Assembly: GCA_047967505.1 (NCBI GenBank)
Contig: CM106538.1
Length of the DNA: 64,000 bases
Direction: 5' to 3' (one strand)
DNA from: Dipteris shenzhenensis
Taxonomy: Eukaryota
Made by a program: the position numbers and the translations under genes. This document shows, piece after piece, positions 24,061 to 36,794 of this stretch. How positions within the stretch are numbered: position 1 is the first letter of the stretch; every line of letters starts with the position of its first letter. The notes beneath the pieces are model-generated. The model was not told the DNA's origin and ran no database searches. It was given only the letters and a program-made list of their open reading frames with translations.

Positions 24061-25599
24061 ACAATGCTATTGATAACTGGATAAATATTTAGAGTAGAAT
24101 CTGGTGGTAATCCATCCTTGAAGAATTACCCACGAGAGTTCTATCGATACAACCCACAAGCCCACAACAATCTACCATGATAGGTAGCCCATACATCAGT
24201 GACTGCGGCCAATCAAGTGGCCATTGTTCTAGGAGAAAAACAGCATGTGGCTGAAATTCAGCAGCGTAATAATTGGAACTAGCAAGGCAATTGGAATAGT
24301 ACCGGAATGGTTGGGGCCAAAACTCTGGATCTGATAAAGATCACAATTACTGTCAAGTAAGTGGGCATCTGGCACGTCTAGATTGTCTGTTATGGTGCCA
24401 GTCAAACAAACAAGGGTTGGAGATTGTGTAATGGCCACAGCGAGGACAAACACAACTGAATCCACTGCCAACATAGACTCATGCCATCTTAGATGAAGAG
24501 ATTGGCAGCCGGTCCATTTGCTTAGATGAGTCAATGCCTAGGCCCTTTGCCTTCCCAAGGACCCACTCTTCAGACACCTCTGCCACCACCACCTTTCAGT
24601 TTGATGTGTTCGTGACTACATGGTCCAAGGGCTCGGCTCTGGGGGCCATCAAAAAGGTGACCTCTCATCAGAAGGAGAAATGGCTACATTGGGATGATCA
24701 AGAACGGGGTACAGACTACAACTTTAGAGCAATTTGTTAAGTTATATAAAGTTGAGAAGCTAAAGGACAAATGGCATCCGGTCATTCCGTTTTGTGACTC
24801 AAAAATGCAGGAGGGTTAAGCAAGTCAATCCCTAGAATAGTGGCACACCCCGAATCCTTTGGACTCATCTTAGATACATGTGGATTGCTAGGTGGACCAT
24901 TCCTCAACTCCTACCGTACCATCAGAACTGGGACTTGACAATTTTTATGACAACTTGTTCAAGGCATTGAAGAAAATGGAGGAGAAAATTTCAGTGGATC
25001 GGTTGCTTCACATGATCTCGGTGGATGTGTGATGCCAACTCATGAGGGAGCTAATGTGGCCACATCTGCAATTCATTCCCTTGAACTCATTCCGATTACA
25101 CCTTTAAATATGGGGAGGAGCATGCAAATAATAGGTTGGCTTGGAGAGACCACTGTGGTGGTTTTTGGCATAATAATGAGACACAATCTATCATTCTGAG
25201 CATCGCCTCAATGTAGTCTCTAGCCTAACGACCTGTCAATTCAGTTGTAAGAATGTATCTCTGTCCTTGTTTGAACACGTTGTTGAGCAAATGAATCTTT
25301 GAGTGCCCTCATATGAGCCAAAGTCTTTAACAAAGATCGAGTCTAAACAAGCAATGAAATAGTTCCAAAGTTGCCATCACCTATCTAATGTTCATTCTAC
25401 TACTATATAGAATATAAATGCACAATTGTCTCTATGATTGCTCCAATCTTATGTCTTTTTCTTCAGTAGTTGAACAAAGTGCATGTACTCCTCCCAAGGA
25501 CCTAATAAAAAAGGGAAGGATCCACATTGATAAAAGATCCATGAGTTACTTTAAGAGAAGAATGCAATTATTAACATCTGTCGCTCAGTTAACGCTCAA

Positions 25600-28008
25600 T
25601 TAAAGGAGACTTGCACTACTATGTGTTGTGTTTAAAATTGTTTGGGAAGATTAGGTGTAAGCAAGCTGAGGACAGTGAGGGCACAATACTTTGGTTTGAG
25701 TTCTAAGAAACAAGATTATTACTTGAGTGCAACAATCACCCCCCTAAAGAATGAGCAGGTGGAGTATCAGTTAGAGTATGCAAATTTGTAGACCAACCTT
25801 TAAAAACATTAATATCTCAGGAAATGCAAGGCTAACACGCATACAAAAGAGAACAATGTGTTTTAGGAATCCACGTCTAATTGGGCCTATTGGACATATG
25901 GTCGTATCATGGATGGAAATATATTTTGATTTGAATTCAAAAGTGAGACCCACAACAAGAAAACTGCACTTGATGGATAATTACACAAGATTTGAGGTTT
26001 TCACACTCTACAAGGAGGAGATGTCAGAGAGCAATGAACGGTTTGATAGCTATAGTCATTTTAATAGATTGTGGAAGAACTTCTTCAATAATGTGAAGAT
26101 GATCCCCCCAAAAAGTGCGATGGGGGTATGTAATGTATGTGCAAACCTCAAAAGTCAATGGCAAAGGGCTAAAACAACCTCAAGTGAATGAGGTACCGGG
26201 GTATTTTACATGTACATTTTGATTCTCTAAAAGATTTTGGGTGTGTGAATTATTTGTGTGTTTTGACATGCATATCAAATCAATAGTGCTCTTAAGCACC
26301 ATCGAGAGAAACATGCCAAAGAATGATCAAAACTGGCAAAGCATAGAAGAAGGTGCTTCAAGAATCCCTCTAAGTATCTTGGTCTCTTTATGGATAGTAT
26401 AGATAAAAGGAAGACCAATCTGTCTCACTTAAAGAGAATTTCAAAAGATGTGAAGGAAGAGACAGTTGTGCGAATGCATCTCATGGGGGGTTCATGGGAT
26501 GTCACTTATATCACAAAAAGTTCCAAGCTAGGGTATTTTTAATTATCTAGATTTGCATAGTAATGCAAATATATTAATCATAATAAATCATTGCATTCTC
26601 ACATTGTGGGAAGGCCCCCTTCCAAGAACACTATATATCCATCTCGACAATACAGGTAACATCAAGAGAAAACAAAAACTAGACATTCTTCCATAATGTG
26701 TATGTTTGTGGATAAGCGAATTGTTGATAAGATCAAAGTTGGATTCCTATTGGTTGGTCAAACTCACGATCACATATATTAAATACCTAGTACATTCTCC
26801 AAGAAACGTAGAAGAAATGATGCATTCACTTTAGTGGAGATGATGGATAGATTGTGAAAGAATCTTATATTTCACAACCTGAAGTTTATCACTTGAAAAA
26901 GACTTACAATTTCATGAGATTTATTCAAGGTGGACTAGGTGATGAATTTTGTATCAAGAGGTTGAATGAGAACTTTCAACATTAATTTCTCATAAAGAAA
27001 AAAGCATATCAAAGAACATATCTATATGGTAAGAAATATGCCTCTTCTTTAGATTGGGTATCCATGGGTGGCTTACAATTCCTATCTTCTTTTGGACTAG
27101 CTAGTCCGTGAAATTAATGCTTCAATGCTAGAACCTCTAGTGACTGAGAGTGAGGTAAAATAGGCACAAGATCAAGGAAGGAATTTGACTATGAAAGGTG
27201 CATGTCAGAGAATAGAATTTTGATAGAGAAGGCAAAAACATACTCTAGAAGTGTAGACAATGGAATGTGGCAGAATAACTTTTTTGAATACCAAGCCCTC
27301 ATCCTTGAATGGTTCAAGAGTAACACTACTACTTTGTGCAATGATTTTGTATGGCCAACATATCATCCTCATTCAGAAAAGTTATACCACCTAAAAGTCT
27401 ATCACTTGAGGTTGAAGCTTTAATCAACATATATGCACGAGAGATGTATCTTGGTGCACGACTATCTTGCCAAAAGATGAAAAGAGCTCACTAAAATGTG
27501 GTAGGTTTTGTACAAGATTTAAAGTGTGGATCGATGATTGCAACTCTTGCTTAAGAGGACCCTCTTGGACATCCATTCTAGATTGCAAAAGTGGTAGAAA
27601 TTCAAAAGTCTATGCAAGGCTAGGTAACTTCCATTGTTGTGCAATGGTTTAGGACTACACATGCTAATCCATTGAAAGGAAAATATGCTCCTCAAATAGT
27701 TGCATGTCCAAAACAGAAAAGGAAAAGAAGGGACACCAAAAACCAACCATGATTGGATGTTCTTACTTAGAGAAGTAGACATACTTGTTTATGATCTTCA
27801 ACTTACAAATGATGGATGCCTAAGGAAGAAGAAAATAGATGTTCTCTTTGAGAAGGTTCCACCCTATGCAACACATCTTGTTGGATCCTCCTCCTTTAGA
27901 CTCTCATGGTTGCAAATGGAAGGGGCACTAGGCCTTCACAGGGACAAAGAGAATGTTCTTGTTAATAGTGTGGAGGAGGATGGATCATCCACTTCTGGAT
28001 CATCATGA
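25600..28008 (+). pseudogene. DUF7869/Sola1-like DDE transposase pseudogene
   Basis: SYSHFNRLW...CNVC (CxxC), LFMDSIDKRKT, LYIHLDNT..RENKN, IKVGFLLVGQTHDHI and a C-terminal PF*IAKVV...VQWF domain; many stops. Superfamily assignment is from motif recall. Confidence 0.7.
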
Positions 28009-28189
28009 CAATGACCTTGATGATAATGTAGCTATAGGTGTTGATACATATTAGGATGCACTTGTAGAGTGAGATAGTGCATGTACACTCTTTGGTTATG
28101 TAGGAATCTCATAATGTTCATCTTTTTTTGAATATTAGTGTATCAAACAATTGCCTAGCTTTTCAATTCCTCTGATGAAATTACCAAAC

Positions 28190-30946
28190 CATAACCTGCT
28201 GCTGAGTCTCCGAGCGCCCTGATCCTATGCAAGTATGTAACTGACTGAAATGCTGCATCTAGCGCTAGGGGTGTAGCTCCGAACTCTGCGAGCATAATCT
28301 GATGCGGTACCGTGGCTTCGCTCTGATCAATCTGGAGAACATGATGATCTGTAACCTCTCTACTCATCTCCAATCTGCAACACTGAGATCTCCTACCCAA
28401 AAGGGGCTAGCATACATGGCTGTAGGTCTCACCAGTGTATCGAAAAGTAAGGACTTCGTGTCGGGATGCTGAAAATGTGACTGTGCACATTGCCTCTCGA
28501 GAAGAGCCAAGGCGGCATACCCTCTACTGATCCTATCTCGTGCTGCATGCGTCATGGTGAAGACTGGACCTCTAAATGTGGCACCCAAATATGTATACTC
28601 CCTGACTAGCTCCACCTCCTACCCATCAAATGTGAAAGAGAACTCGCCTCTCCTATAAACCTGGTATGACGTGTTGAAGACCATGACTTTGGTCTTCCCA
28701 AGGTTTACAGACAACCCTCTGTCCTGACAAAAGTTGTGGAGTGCATGGAGATGTGCCTGTAAACCCGGTTGGGAGGAAGAAATAAGAACCACGTCATCTG
28801 CATAGAGGAGAATCGGTATCATGGATCCTACCAGTAAAGAACCTGTACCACCCATCGTCTATATGTACATCTCTAACTCATCGATATAGAGACCAAAGAG
28901 TGTCGGAGACAAAGGACACCCCTGCTTCACCCCTATCATACTGCGTACTTCCCCCGATAGCCCCGCCCGTGTCCTGACTCTACCTGTGACTCTCTCATAC
29001 AAGGCCATGATCGCCCATTGAATCTCCCCACTGAATCCCAAGTCACGAAGTCGCTGGAAGAGTCTGAAACGCGGCACAGTGTCAAATGCCTTTCTGAAGT
29101 CCACGAAGCAACAATAGAGCCGTTGCTTACGTGACTTGGCCTCCTCAATCAAAGCCCTGAGTGTGAAGATATGATCTAGAGTTGAGTGCTCTGCACGAAA
29201 TCCTGCCTGCCCTCTAGCTCTCATACCTGTCGCCTCGGCATGGTCATTTATATGTCCTTCTAGAATGGTCGCATAAATCTTGGCCATGACATGGCCAATC
29301 ATAATGGTCCTATAGTTCGATGCCTCCAAAGGATCCCCCGACTTGTGTATGGGTACTATAGTATTTTCTAGCCAACTAGGTGGAAGACCTGTACAAATGG
29401 ACTCGTTAAAAAGACGGGAGAGGACTATAGCTAAGGCATCAATCCCATGGATTACATACTCCGCTTGCAATCCATCATGGTCCTTAGCTCTCCTAGTCTT
29501 CAAACGATGAACTGCTGCTCGGACACTACTGGATGAGAATAAGGCAGAGGAGGTGGGTCTAGGCATATGGGATAAGTCGATCTGTGGCTGGTCTGGAATA
29601 TCATATAAAGTGGAAGTATAGGCAAGCCAAACCTGCGGGTCTGTAAGAGGAGTTTGAGATTTCAAGTGAAGGAATTTCTTCTAGAATTCCTTGGAATCAC
29701 AGCTAAAAAGTAAACTTCTCAGCTCCTCCTCATTCCGGGCTAGAAATTGGCGCTTTTTGCGTCACACCAAACGCTTGTTACAACTCTTCTTGGTCTCAAT
29801 GAGGAGGGGAGACTTCTCCTGTGTCTCAAGGCAAAGCTTCCTGTGGAGTTCTTTACACTCCTCATCATACCATCCATTACAAGGCACAAGACTGACTGGT
29901 GGAGGACTGGATGTGTGGCAAGTGACGAGGAAGGACTTGTGGGCTGCCGAGATGATGGAGGTATGTACAAGGTCCCACCGATCCTGTGTGGAGGATAGGG
30001 CATCGAGAAGGTGCGGATGGAGAAGACTACTCGGGTGCTGGCTATAAATATCATTGAACTGGTGGTCAAAATGAACCTCATAGTATGGCTGACGCTCATG
30101 ATGTCTAGAAGGGGGGGCATGAGGAATCTGGGTAAGAATAAAGTGCAGACATGCATGATCCGCTCAAGGCATAAGAGGGTCGACTGTGAGGTTATGTACA
30201 AAAGGGATTAAAGTCGGGGGACCCAAGACGTAATCAATGACGCTCGTACCACCACCTGCGAAGGGAAAACATGTGGCTGTGGATGAATGCGGCCACTGTC
30301 GAAGTCCATTATAAATGACCATGCCATGCGATGAGAGAAGCTCCAATAGGTGATGTCCCTGATCTGTCACCTCTACCCCTCTATCTGAAGATAAGCATGG
30401 AAAACTCTCATCTGGGGCAGCTAGAACTTTAAAGACTGGATCCTCAGCAAAGTCCAAAATCTATGCCTGTCTGTCTGATGTCCTCGTGTTGAAGTCTCCT
30501 AAAAGGATGACCTCTCCGCAGCGTGAGTACTCCAATACATCGGCTGACAAATCCTCAAAAGGTGACTGTCCTGGTCCATCTGAGGCATAACGAGTCTGTC
30601 TCAGGGGAAAGTAGCATACTGCAATAAAAAAGTCTCTCAGGCGGGGTCTTCTGATCCGTACCCAAAGATATCTGGCCTGATGGTCTCTCCTCACGACTGT
30701 GAATATCGATCTGAGATGCTCTCTATAAAGAACTGCCACAACGCCAGATCCTCTGACTCCTCCTGATCGTCTAGTCTGCTGTTGAAAGACAAACTCCCAG
30801 GCATACTCTGTCACCTGTGGCAAGCCTCTCTCTGGGCTCTCATGGGTCTCTGTAAAGAAGACGATGTCCTGATCAAAAAAGGCCTCTCGTAAGTTGCCAG
30901 GCTGAGCTGTGAGGGAACCATTACAGTTCCAAACTGTGAAACTCAA
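28190..30946 (-). pseudogene. LINE ORF2 (endonuclease and reverse transcriptase)
   Basis: Consecutive ORF pieces separated by single TAG/TGA stops (30458-60, 28856-58, 28616-18) and a few frameshifts. Confidence 0.9.
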
Positions 30947-31054
30947 GCTATCTGGTAGGCTACATGTCCCATAGGCCTCGTGTCGTCAACTGTGGACTCC
31001 AGCCGGTCTAGATCACATAGCTCCTATCAAAAGTCTACCCTCTCTGATCACGGC

Positions 31055-31830
31055 TCACTTGCCCTCACGACGGGCAACATCCCTCTGTGCAATGAGACGT
31101 CTATGCTCCTCCCACTGAAGAGCTGTAAGGTCCTCATCCATGTGAATCTGTGGATGGTCCCTCAATCTGGATCTCCTCCGTAATACTGCGAGATGGGCCT
31201 CAGCATCTCTGAATCTGATGATAAGTGGCTGGTGCCGTGCTGGATCCCGGCCCACTCGATATGCAGCTACTATGCCATGATCCTGAACTCCGAGTGTCCC
31301 AGATACGAAATCTGTCGCCTGATCCATGGCTGATCTCGTATCTGATCGCTCAACTCCACGGATGCGGATGTTGAGGGCCTTCTGAGCTCGCCGCTGACTC
31401 TCGGCAATAGTCTCAGAGACTATGGTCTGCTGGGCATGTGGGGCTCTATGCACAACGTCCACCCACTCTGAGGTCTTCTGTACCTCTGTCTGCAGTGTGG
31501 CCAGCCTCTCCTCAACTGCTGCACTAGCTGGAGGAGCTACATGCAGCTGCTAGAGGCGATCATCGCATGCCACAACATGCTCCTGAATGCATGCCTCCAG
31601 CTGCACTATGCGCTCAGCATGTGTCCGTAATTGGATGTCTCGATCAATATCTCTAGTATGAAGTTGGCGAATATGGGAGTCCTGATCAGATCTATGACTC
31701 TCAACTGTCGATAGCTGAGCAATCAGTGTGTGTATCTATGCTGTGAGAGACTGAATCGCAGCGCCCTGAAGTCTGCAAGTCTCCATGCACTGCATAACTA
31801 AATCTCTCAAGCGCAGATTATCTGCCAGGA
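31055..31830 (-). pseudogene. LINE ORF1 (coiled coil plus RRM-like domain)
   Basis: ORF 31055-31462 plus an upstream Q/E/L-rich frame broken by TAG stops. Confidence 0.75.
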
Positions 31831-31989
31831 CTGCTTCCGCTGTGGAGGGTGAAGGGGAGAGGGGGTACAAGGATGAGGGGGTAAGAGGGTAAGAAGGCGA
31901 GTAAAGGAGGGGTGCAAAAAATGGAGGTCCTGAAGAGAGAGATCCGGTAGGAGGAAGTAGGGAGTCAGGGACCGAAGAAGAGCCTACAC

Positions 31990-32332
31990 TAGGGGAGGAA
32001 GGGGCTGAAAGGGAGGGTAGGTGGGAAGATGCAGGAAGAAGCTAGGTAGGGACTAGGGGAGGGGAAGAAGAGGAGGGAAGAGGCTGGGTAGGGAATAGGG
32101 AAGGGGAGGAAGAGGAAGGAAGAGGATGGGTAGGGACTAGGGGAGGGGAGGAATAAGCAAGGGAAAGGGCTAGGGAGGAATGAACGGGAGCAAGAGGAGG
32201 AGGTGAAGCTGAAGGAGGGGGAGGAGGAGGATTGAGTAGAGGAGGTGGGTAGGAAAGGGTTGGGATTGAGGCAAGGGAGGTAACCAGAAGTGATGGGGGA
32301 GATGGAAATAAAGGAGATGGGGTAGGAGCCAC

Positions 32333-32372
<40 letters not shown>

Positions 32373-32440
32373 CATATAGTAAACAAGGTGGGGATCCCAC
32401 TATGGCCCTACCTTTTGGAGTCTCATTATAAGTCTAAGTG
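31990..32440 (-). mobile_element. GA-rich tract and putative DNA-transposon terminus, copy 3
   Basis: GA-rich tract, then GGCCCTACC, then CCTTTTGGAGTCTCATTATAAGTCTAAGTG ending at 32440 (minus: CACTTAG...); same layout as the ends at 6041 and 22659. Confidence 0.4.
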
Positions 32441-33222
32441 TAAGTAGCTCGATAAATATTTTGAATAACTTGTGAAAGGAAACGATAGGTGTAATTGGAA
32501 GGAAAGGAAAAGAGAAAAGCAAGTGAAGGTGAAGGAATATCGGGAAAGGTACATGGGTGAAAGAGAGGAGAGAAAAGACGTGAAAAGGTGTATGTGTGTG
32601 TGTGTGTGGTGGATGGGCCATTAAATAAAAGTGGGGATGAGTGCCTATTTTGGAGAAAGAAATATCAATGTGGTGCCATACAAGAGCAAAGAGAGCCTCC
32701 ATCTTTAGAGAGAGATACCTAACAAAAGACAAAAGCTTTAGGATTAAGACCAAAAAACATTTAGGACCTCCACAAGCAAACCAAAACCATAAACCCTAAA
32801 CACATTAGAATTCCTTAAACTTCTACCTGAGACTTCTACTAACCCACATTTAAACCTCATACTAACCATAATTTGCAAGGTCAAATTGACCAAATGAACT
32901 AATTTCAAAACTATGGCCCTTATTAGCAACTCACTTAACCAAGTCATCCCTTAGGACCCTTGGAGGGGCAAAAATACACACACACATATATATATATATA
33001 GAGAGAGAGAGAGGTTGCTAGACATTGGGTGGGATGGGTTTTACTAATACAGCGAGAACTAATACAGCGAGAATAAAGAGGAACGAAGTTTGCTGCAAAT
33101 AGTTATCATGAAGAAGTCCTTAGTGAATGGACCAAGGGAGTCCATTCATGTGGGAGACAAAAGTGCGAATGAAACAGAAAAGGTGAAGCAAATGAGGAAG
33201 GTGAATCAATGATCCTGTTGTG

Positions 33223-34373
33223 TCACAAGTCTTGGAGCTGGAAGTAGCCCACAAGCTCATTCCAGCATTCACAAATCGATTGGTGCTTGCAGAGTGCATC
33301 GCTTCCTTCCATCATCAGCCACAAATCATGATTAATGTGATGGTTGACTACTTCGTCAGCAGATTGTTCGTGCGTGCCTGTGGTTATCAGATTGCTGCAT
33401 CCAATATTGATCTGTTCCTTGGAGTCGTGTGCGCAGAAATTAGCACTGATATTGCTGCCGCAGAACGTTAATTCGCTAGACGGTTCTGCAATCTGCACCT
33501 GCTTAGTTGATGAATCGGTGCTCGTTGCTACCGTTATTTTATTGGTTATGCGATCGATCCACATTGCCCATTCCGATGCTATTGAGACTTGATTCACGGT
33601 CCTTGCGGAATTAATTGCTAGGGCCTCTTTCGCATTGATCTGGGTGTCCGGAGAGATAATCCACTCTCCAGAAGTACCCTCAGCATCAAAGAACGATGTG
33701 AACACAGTTCGCAGCACGGGAATCTTCGCATGACAAACAGGGTTCATCCCTCTGCTGCCATACTCTTCTTTCTCAATCGCGCATGGGGTTTCACTCTTAG
33801 TTGATTCTGTTTTATCGATGCTAATTGTCGTCCTCTGTTTCTGTTCTTGTCTCCTCATGAAAATGTGCCACATGTTCTTCACATCGTTGTCTGTTCTCCC
33901 CACAAGATGCGCAGCTATCTTGGTCCATCTGTTGTGAGAAAGAACATTTGAGGCAGCGATGTAGCAGTATTCATTGAGTGTCATCAGTTAAAAGTGGAAT
34001 CTCATCAATCATAGCAAGTACACTCTTCCATACCAATACCTGTTTCCATAGAGTTTTTGCAGCTCATATACATGCATCGCTTCCTCCATCGAAAATTTCC
34101 CACGCTTTATGCCTGGTCTCAAGTGGTTCATCCAACGTCTCCTACAGCTCTTTCCGCATCTTCCCAGACCTGCTCAGCATCGCAACTGTAAGCCATTTCC
34201 AAAGGAACCTATTCAATCGGCTATGACAGAGATATATATATATATCTAGCAAGGATCCTCTCACCCGCTTTACGAGCTATGTCGCTCCAAGTGAGGTGAG
34301 TTCGCGGCTCGGCCAGGATTCTCAGCAGCTTTTCATCCTCTTCGGGTGACCAAAGAGCTCTCATGCTTACCAT
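33223..34373 (-). CDS. R2R3-MYB transcription factor, 3 exons (34373-34265, 34169-34040, 33928-33223), 314 aa, apparently intact
   Basis: [17 protein letters not shown]...[38 protein letters not shown]...[29 protein letters not shown] introns at the canonical R2R3-MYB positions with the typical 130-bp exon 2; 945-nt open frame. Confidence 0.93.
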
Positions 34374-34518
34374 TACCGATGATCCAATTCAGATGTTGAG
34401 TTTAACAGATATTAATGCACGATCGCGAGCTGCAATATAGCTCAGAGAGACTGATGATATTTTGCTATCTTTACCAATTCCCACGACGGTCTAGTTCTAG
34501 TTCTAGCTTTACTTCGAG

Positions 34519-34686
34519 ACTTGAGCGACTAACCTTTTACGACCGTCAACGAAGATCTCTACGAGGAAGCACACTTGAGCGACTAACCTTTTACGACCGT
34601 CAACGAAGATCTCTACGAGGAAGCACACTTGAGCGACTAACCTTTTACGACCGTCAACGAAGATCTCTACGAGGAAGCACACTTGA
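34519..34686. repeat. Perfect 54-bp tandem repeat, 3 copies, in the MYB promoter
   Basis: ACTTGAGCGACTAACCTTTTACGACCGTCAACGAAGATCTCTACGAGGAAGCAC at 34519, 34573 and 34627, plus ACTTGA at 34681. Confidence 0.97.
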
Positions 34687-36559
34687 TTGAATTAGTAGTT
34701 GGACTGTGCGTCAACACTGATTGAATATTGTGTTAGGCTGCGCCTTGTGGCTGACGCCGTTCACAAACCGTGAAAACACGCTTTGGGACAAGGAAGCACT
34801 TTCTTCCTGTAGGAATGTTGCGGCGCCAGAACGCCAAAGGTTTGAGACTGTGCTTGTTGCTGTCTTATGATATCATAGAGCACGGATCACATTTCAATGG
34901 ATATCCCTGGACAGTCCATGCATAATTTGTAAACCCATGTCACAGATCATCAGGGTTCAGAAATATCGAGTCAGGAAAGAGTTTTCCGGTCATGAGATGT
35001 CTGGTGGATGTTTGGCCAACACAGAAAGCCAGTGGTCTTGCTGCTTTAATGCACGGACTGATGTGAATGCATAACAAACTATTAATGTAGACGTATGTGC
35101 AATCCAGCTTCCAGGTGCTAGGACCGAGCTGGATTACGATGAAGAGCCGGCTCCACGAATGGCGGTTTGAAACTCGCATCACCCCGGCCGCTGGCTCAAG
35201 CCACAGTCTTTGCTCGATCCATTTTTCACGCAAACATGCTGATTTCAACAATAACGACGTGCAATCTATCTGTGCTTTCGACAAGGCAATCTGAGTCCAA
35301 TCATTGCCGTTGTCATAGTTTCTGCCAGAGATTCGTCGAGCAAAAGCATCAGAGATTCAGAGGTTGCAAGTCTTTGACTGAAAAAATATGATTCGAATAG
35401 ATTAGACTGTATAAGTTGATTCTTCAAATGGTTGAGAAATTGTTTTCATAGACCTCGGGAATGATTTGCAAGAATTGACAACGTCAGATGACAACCGAGA
35501 CTGAGCAGTTGAACGGTTTACGTGTGGCTTCAAGCTTCAATGGAGTGTTAGGGCCTGAGGGGGGGCCTTCCTGAAATGTGCAGGTTTGAGTGATCGCCCG
35601 CTTAAGTGTTCTGCTGCCTGTCAACGTAATCCACTGGCGGTTGTGTCCCTCGTAGATGCGGGAATTTTTTATTAAAAAACTCAAATTTTAACTACTCTTT
35701 ACCTCACTCTTAAGAAAAACTCTTTAAGAGAAATTCTAACAAGGTGAAAGCTTTCACAAGGCCTGCCAAAATGAATCACAAGGCTAGCTATTTCATCTCT
35801 CTCCTAAAAAGATGTATTGGTCCCATCATTAGTTCCCATGAAGTCTAAAGTAGATTATAAGCCAAGTCGAGTGTCCCATGCAGCATAGACAAGCCACAAT
35901 GCATAGCTTCAATCCACGATTTTCCCTTCCAACCAAAAGAAACAAATGATATAGATTGCAAGAAAGAGGCCTATAGGAAACGAGCTCGTAGGTCTCCTCA
36001 CAAGTAAAGCAACTCCTTTCGAGGAGGTGAGTTGCCCATCTTACATGACACTTCTGTTTACCAAGTTTTCAAAGGGCCGCTTCTATGCTTACATGCATTT
36101 CTCAAACAATAGCTAATCTACTCGAGCCTTCGTTACTTATTGTCGATCTGAGCTCCTACGAGTATGTAACTGATAGGAAGCAGATCGTGCATTCTATAGA
36201 GGGTACGGTCAGTCATCAAAACAAGCAAAAGGTGTGGAGGCAAGCTGGATTCAAGACATAGGATGATAAGAAGCGAGTCAAAAGATGATTTAGTGGTGGA
36301 AAGAGCATAAAGAAGCCTCAAAAAGATGCGAAAACAATGGAGAACTTGTTCACTACCTTGAAGATAATTCGAAAGGAGGAGGGGGGATGCACGTTGCTAT
36401 GCCCTCTTCTCTGATTAAGCTATAGATACACGCAAGTTAAAGATTGAGTTGAAGCAGTTGAGCAGGTTATGCCCATGGTGACGACCTGTGTCAAATGAAA
36501 CTACAACAAAAGCTGAAGGGGATGACTAGGTAAAGGTGGAGGAGGCAATGTGTGAAGAA

Positions 36560-36753
36560 AAGCAAGAAGAAAGTGAGAGTAAGGTGAAAAATGACGGGGT
36601 AAAAGTTATGGCAATGGAAGGCTTGAAAGGTTGTGGTTATGAAGAAGAAGAAAGTGAGAGTAAAGTGAAAAATGAAAGGGTAAAAGCTGTGGCAAAGGAA
36701 GGCTTGAAAGATTGTGGCTATGAAGAAAAAGAAAGGCGCTCCCACTACATTTT

Positions 36754-36790
<37 letters not shown>
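36560..36790. repeat. Degenerate ~81-bp duplication followed by (GA)n
   Basis: AAGAAGAAAGTGAGAGTAA(G/A)GTGAAAAATGA occurs twice; GA microsatellite 36757-36791. Confidence 0.75.

Positions 36791-36794
<4 letters not shown>

Larger units (their letters stand above)
28190..31985 (-). mobile_element. Non-LTR retrotransposon (APE-RT LINE, RTEX-like): ORF1 plus ORF2, 3' end missing
   Basis: APE motifs WNCNG, FTETH, LLGDFN, SVIDY; RT motifs QAGFR, FVDFRKAFD, GVKQGCPLSPTLF, LLYADD, YTYLG; ORF1 NIRIRGV...AYRVG...PLIIRF...MDEDLT. Confidence 0.9.

Noticed and set aside
33929-33984. ORF-track start of the MYB protein (MTLNEY...)
   Set aside because: It lies in intron 2; the real frame continues from spliced upstream exons
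34415-34690. 91-aa ORF with repeated LERLTFYDRQRRSLRGST
   Set aside because: By-product of the 54-bp tandem repeat (a multiple of 3), antisense to the MYB promoter
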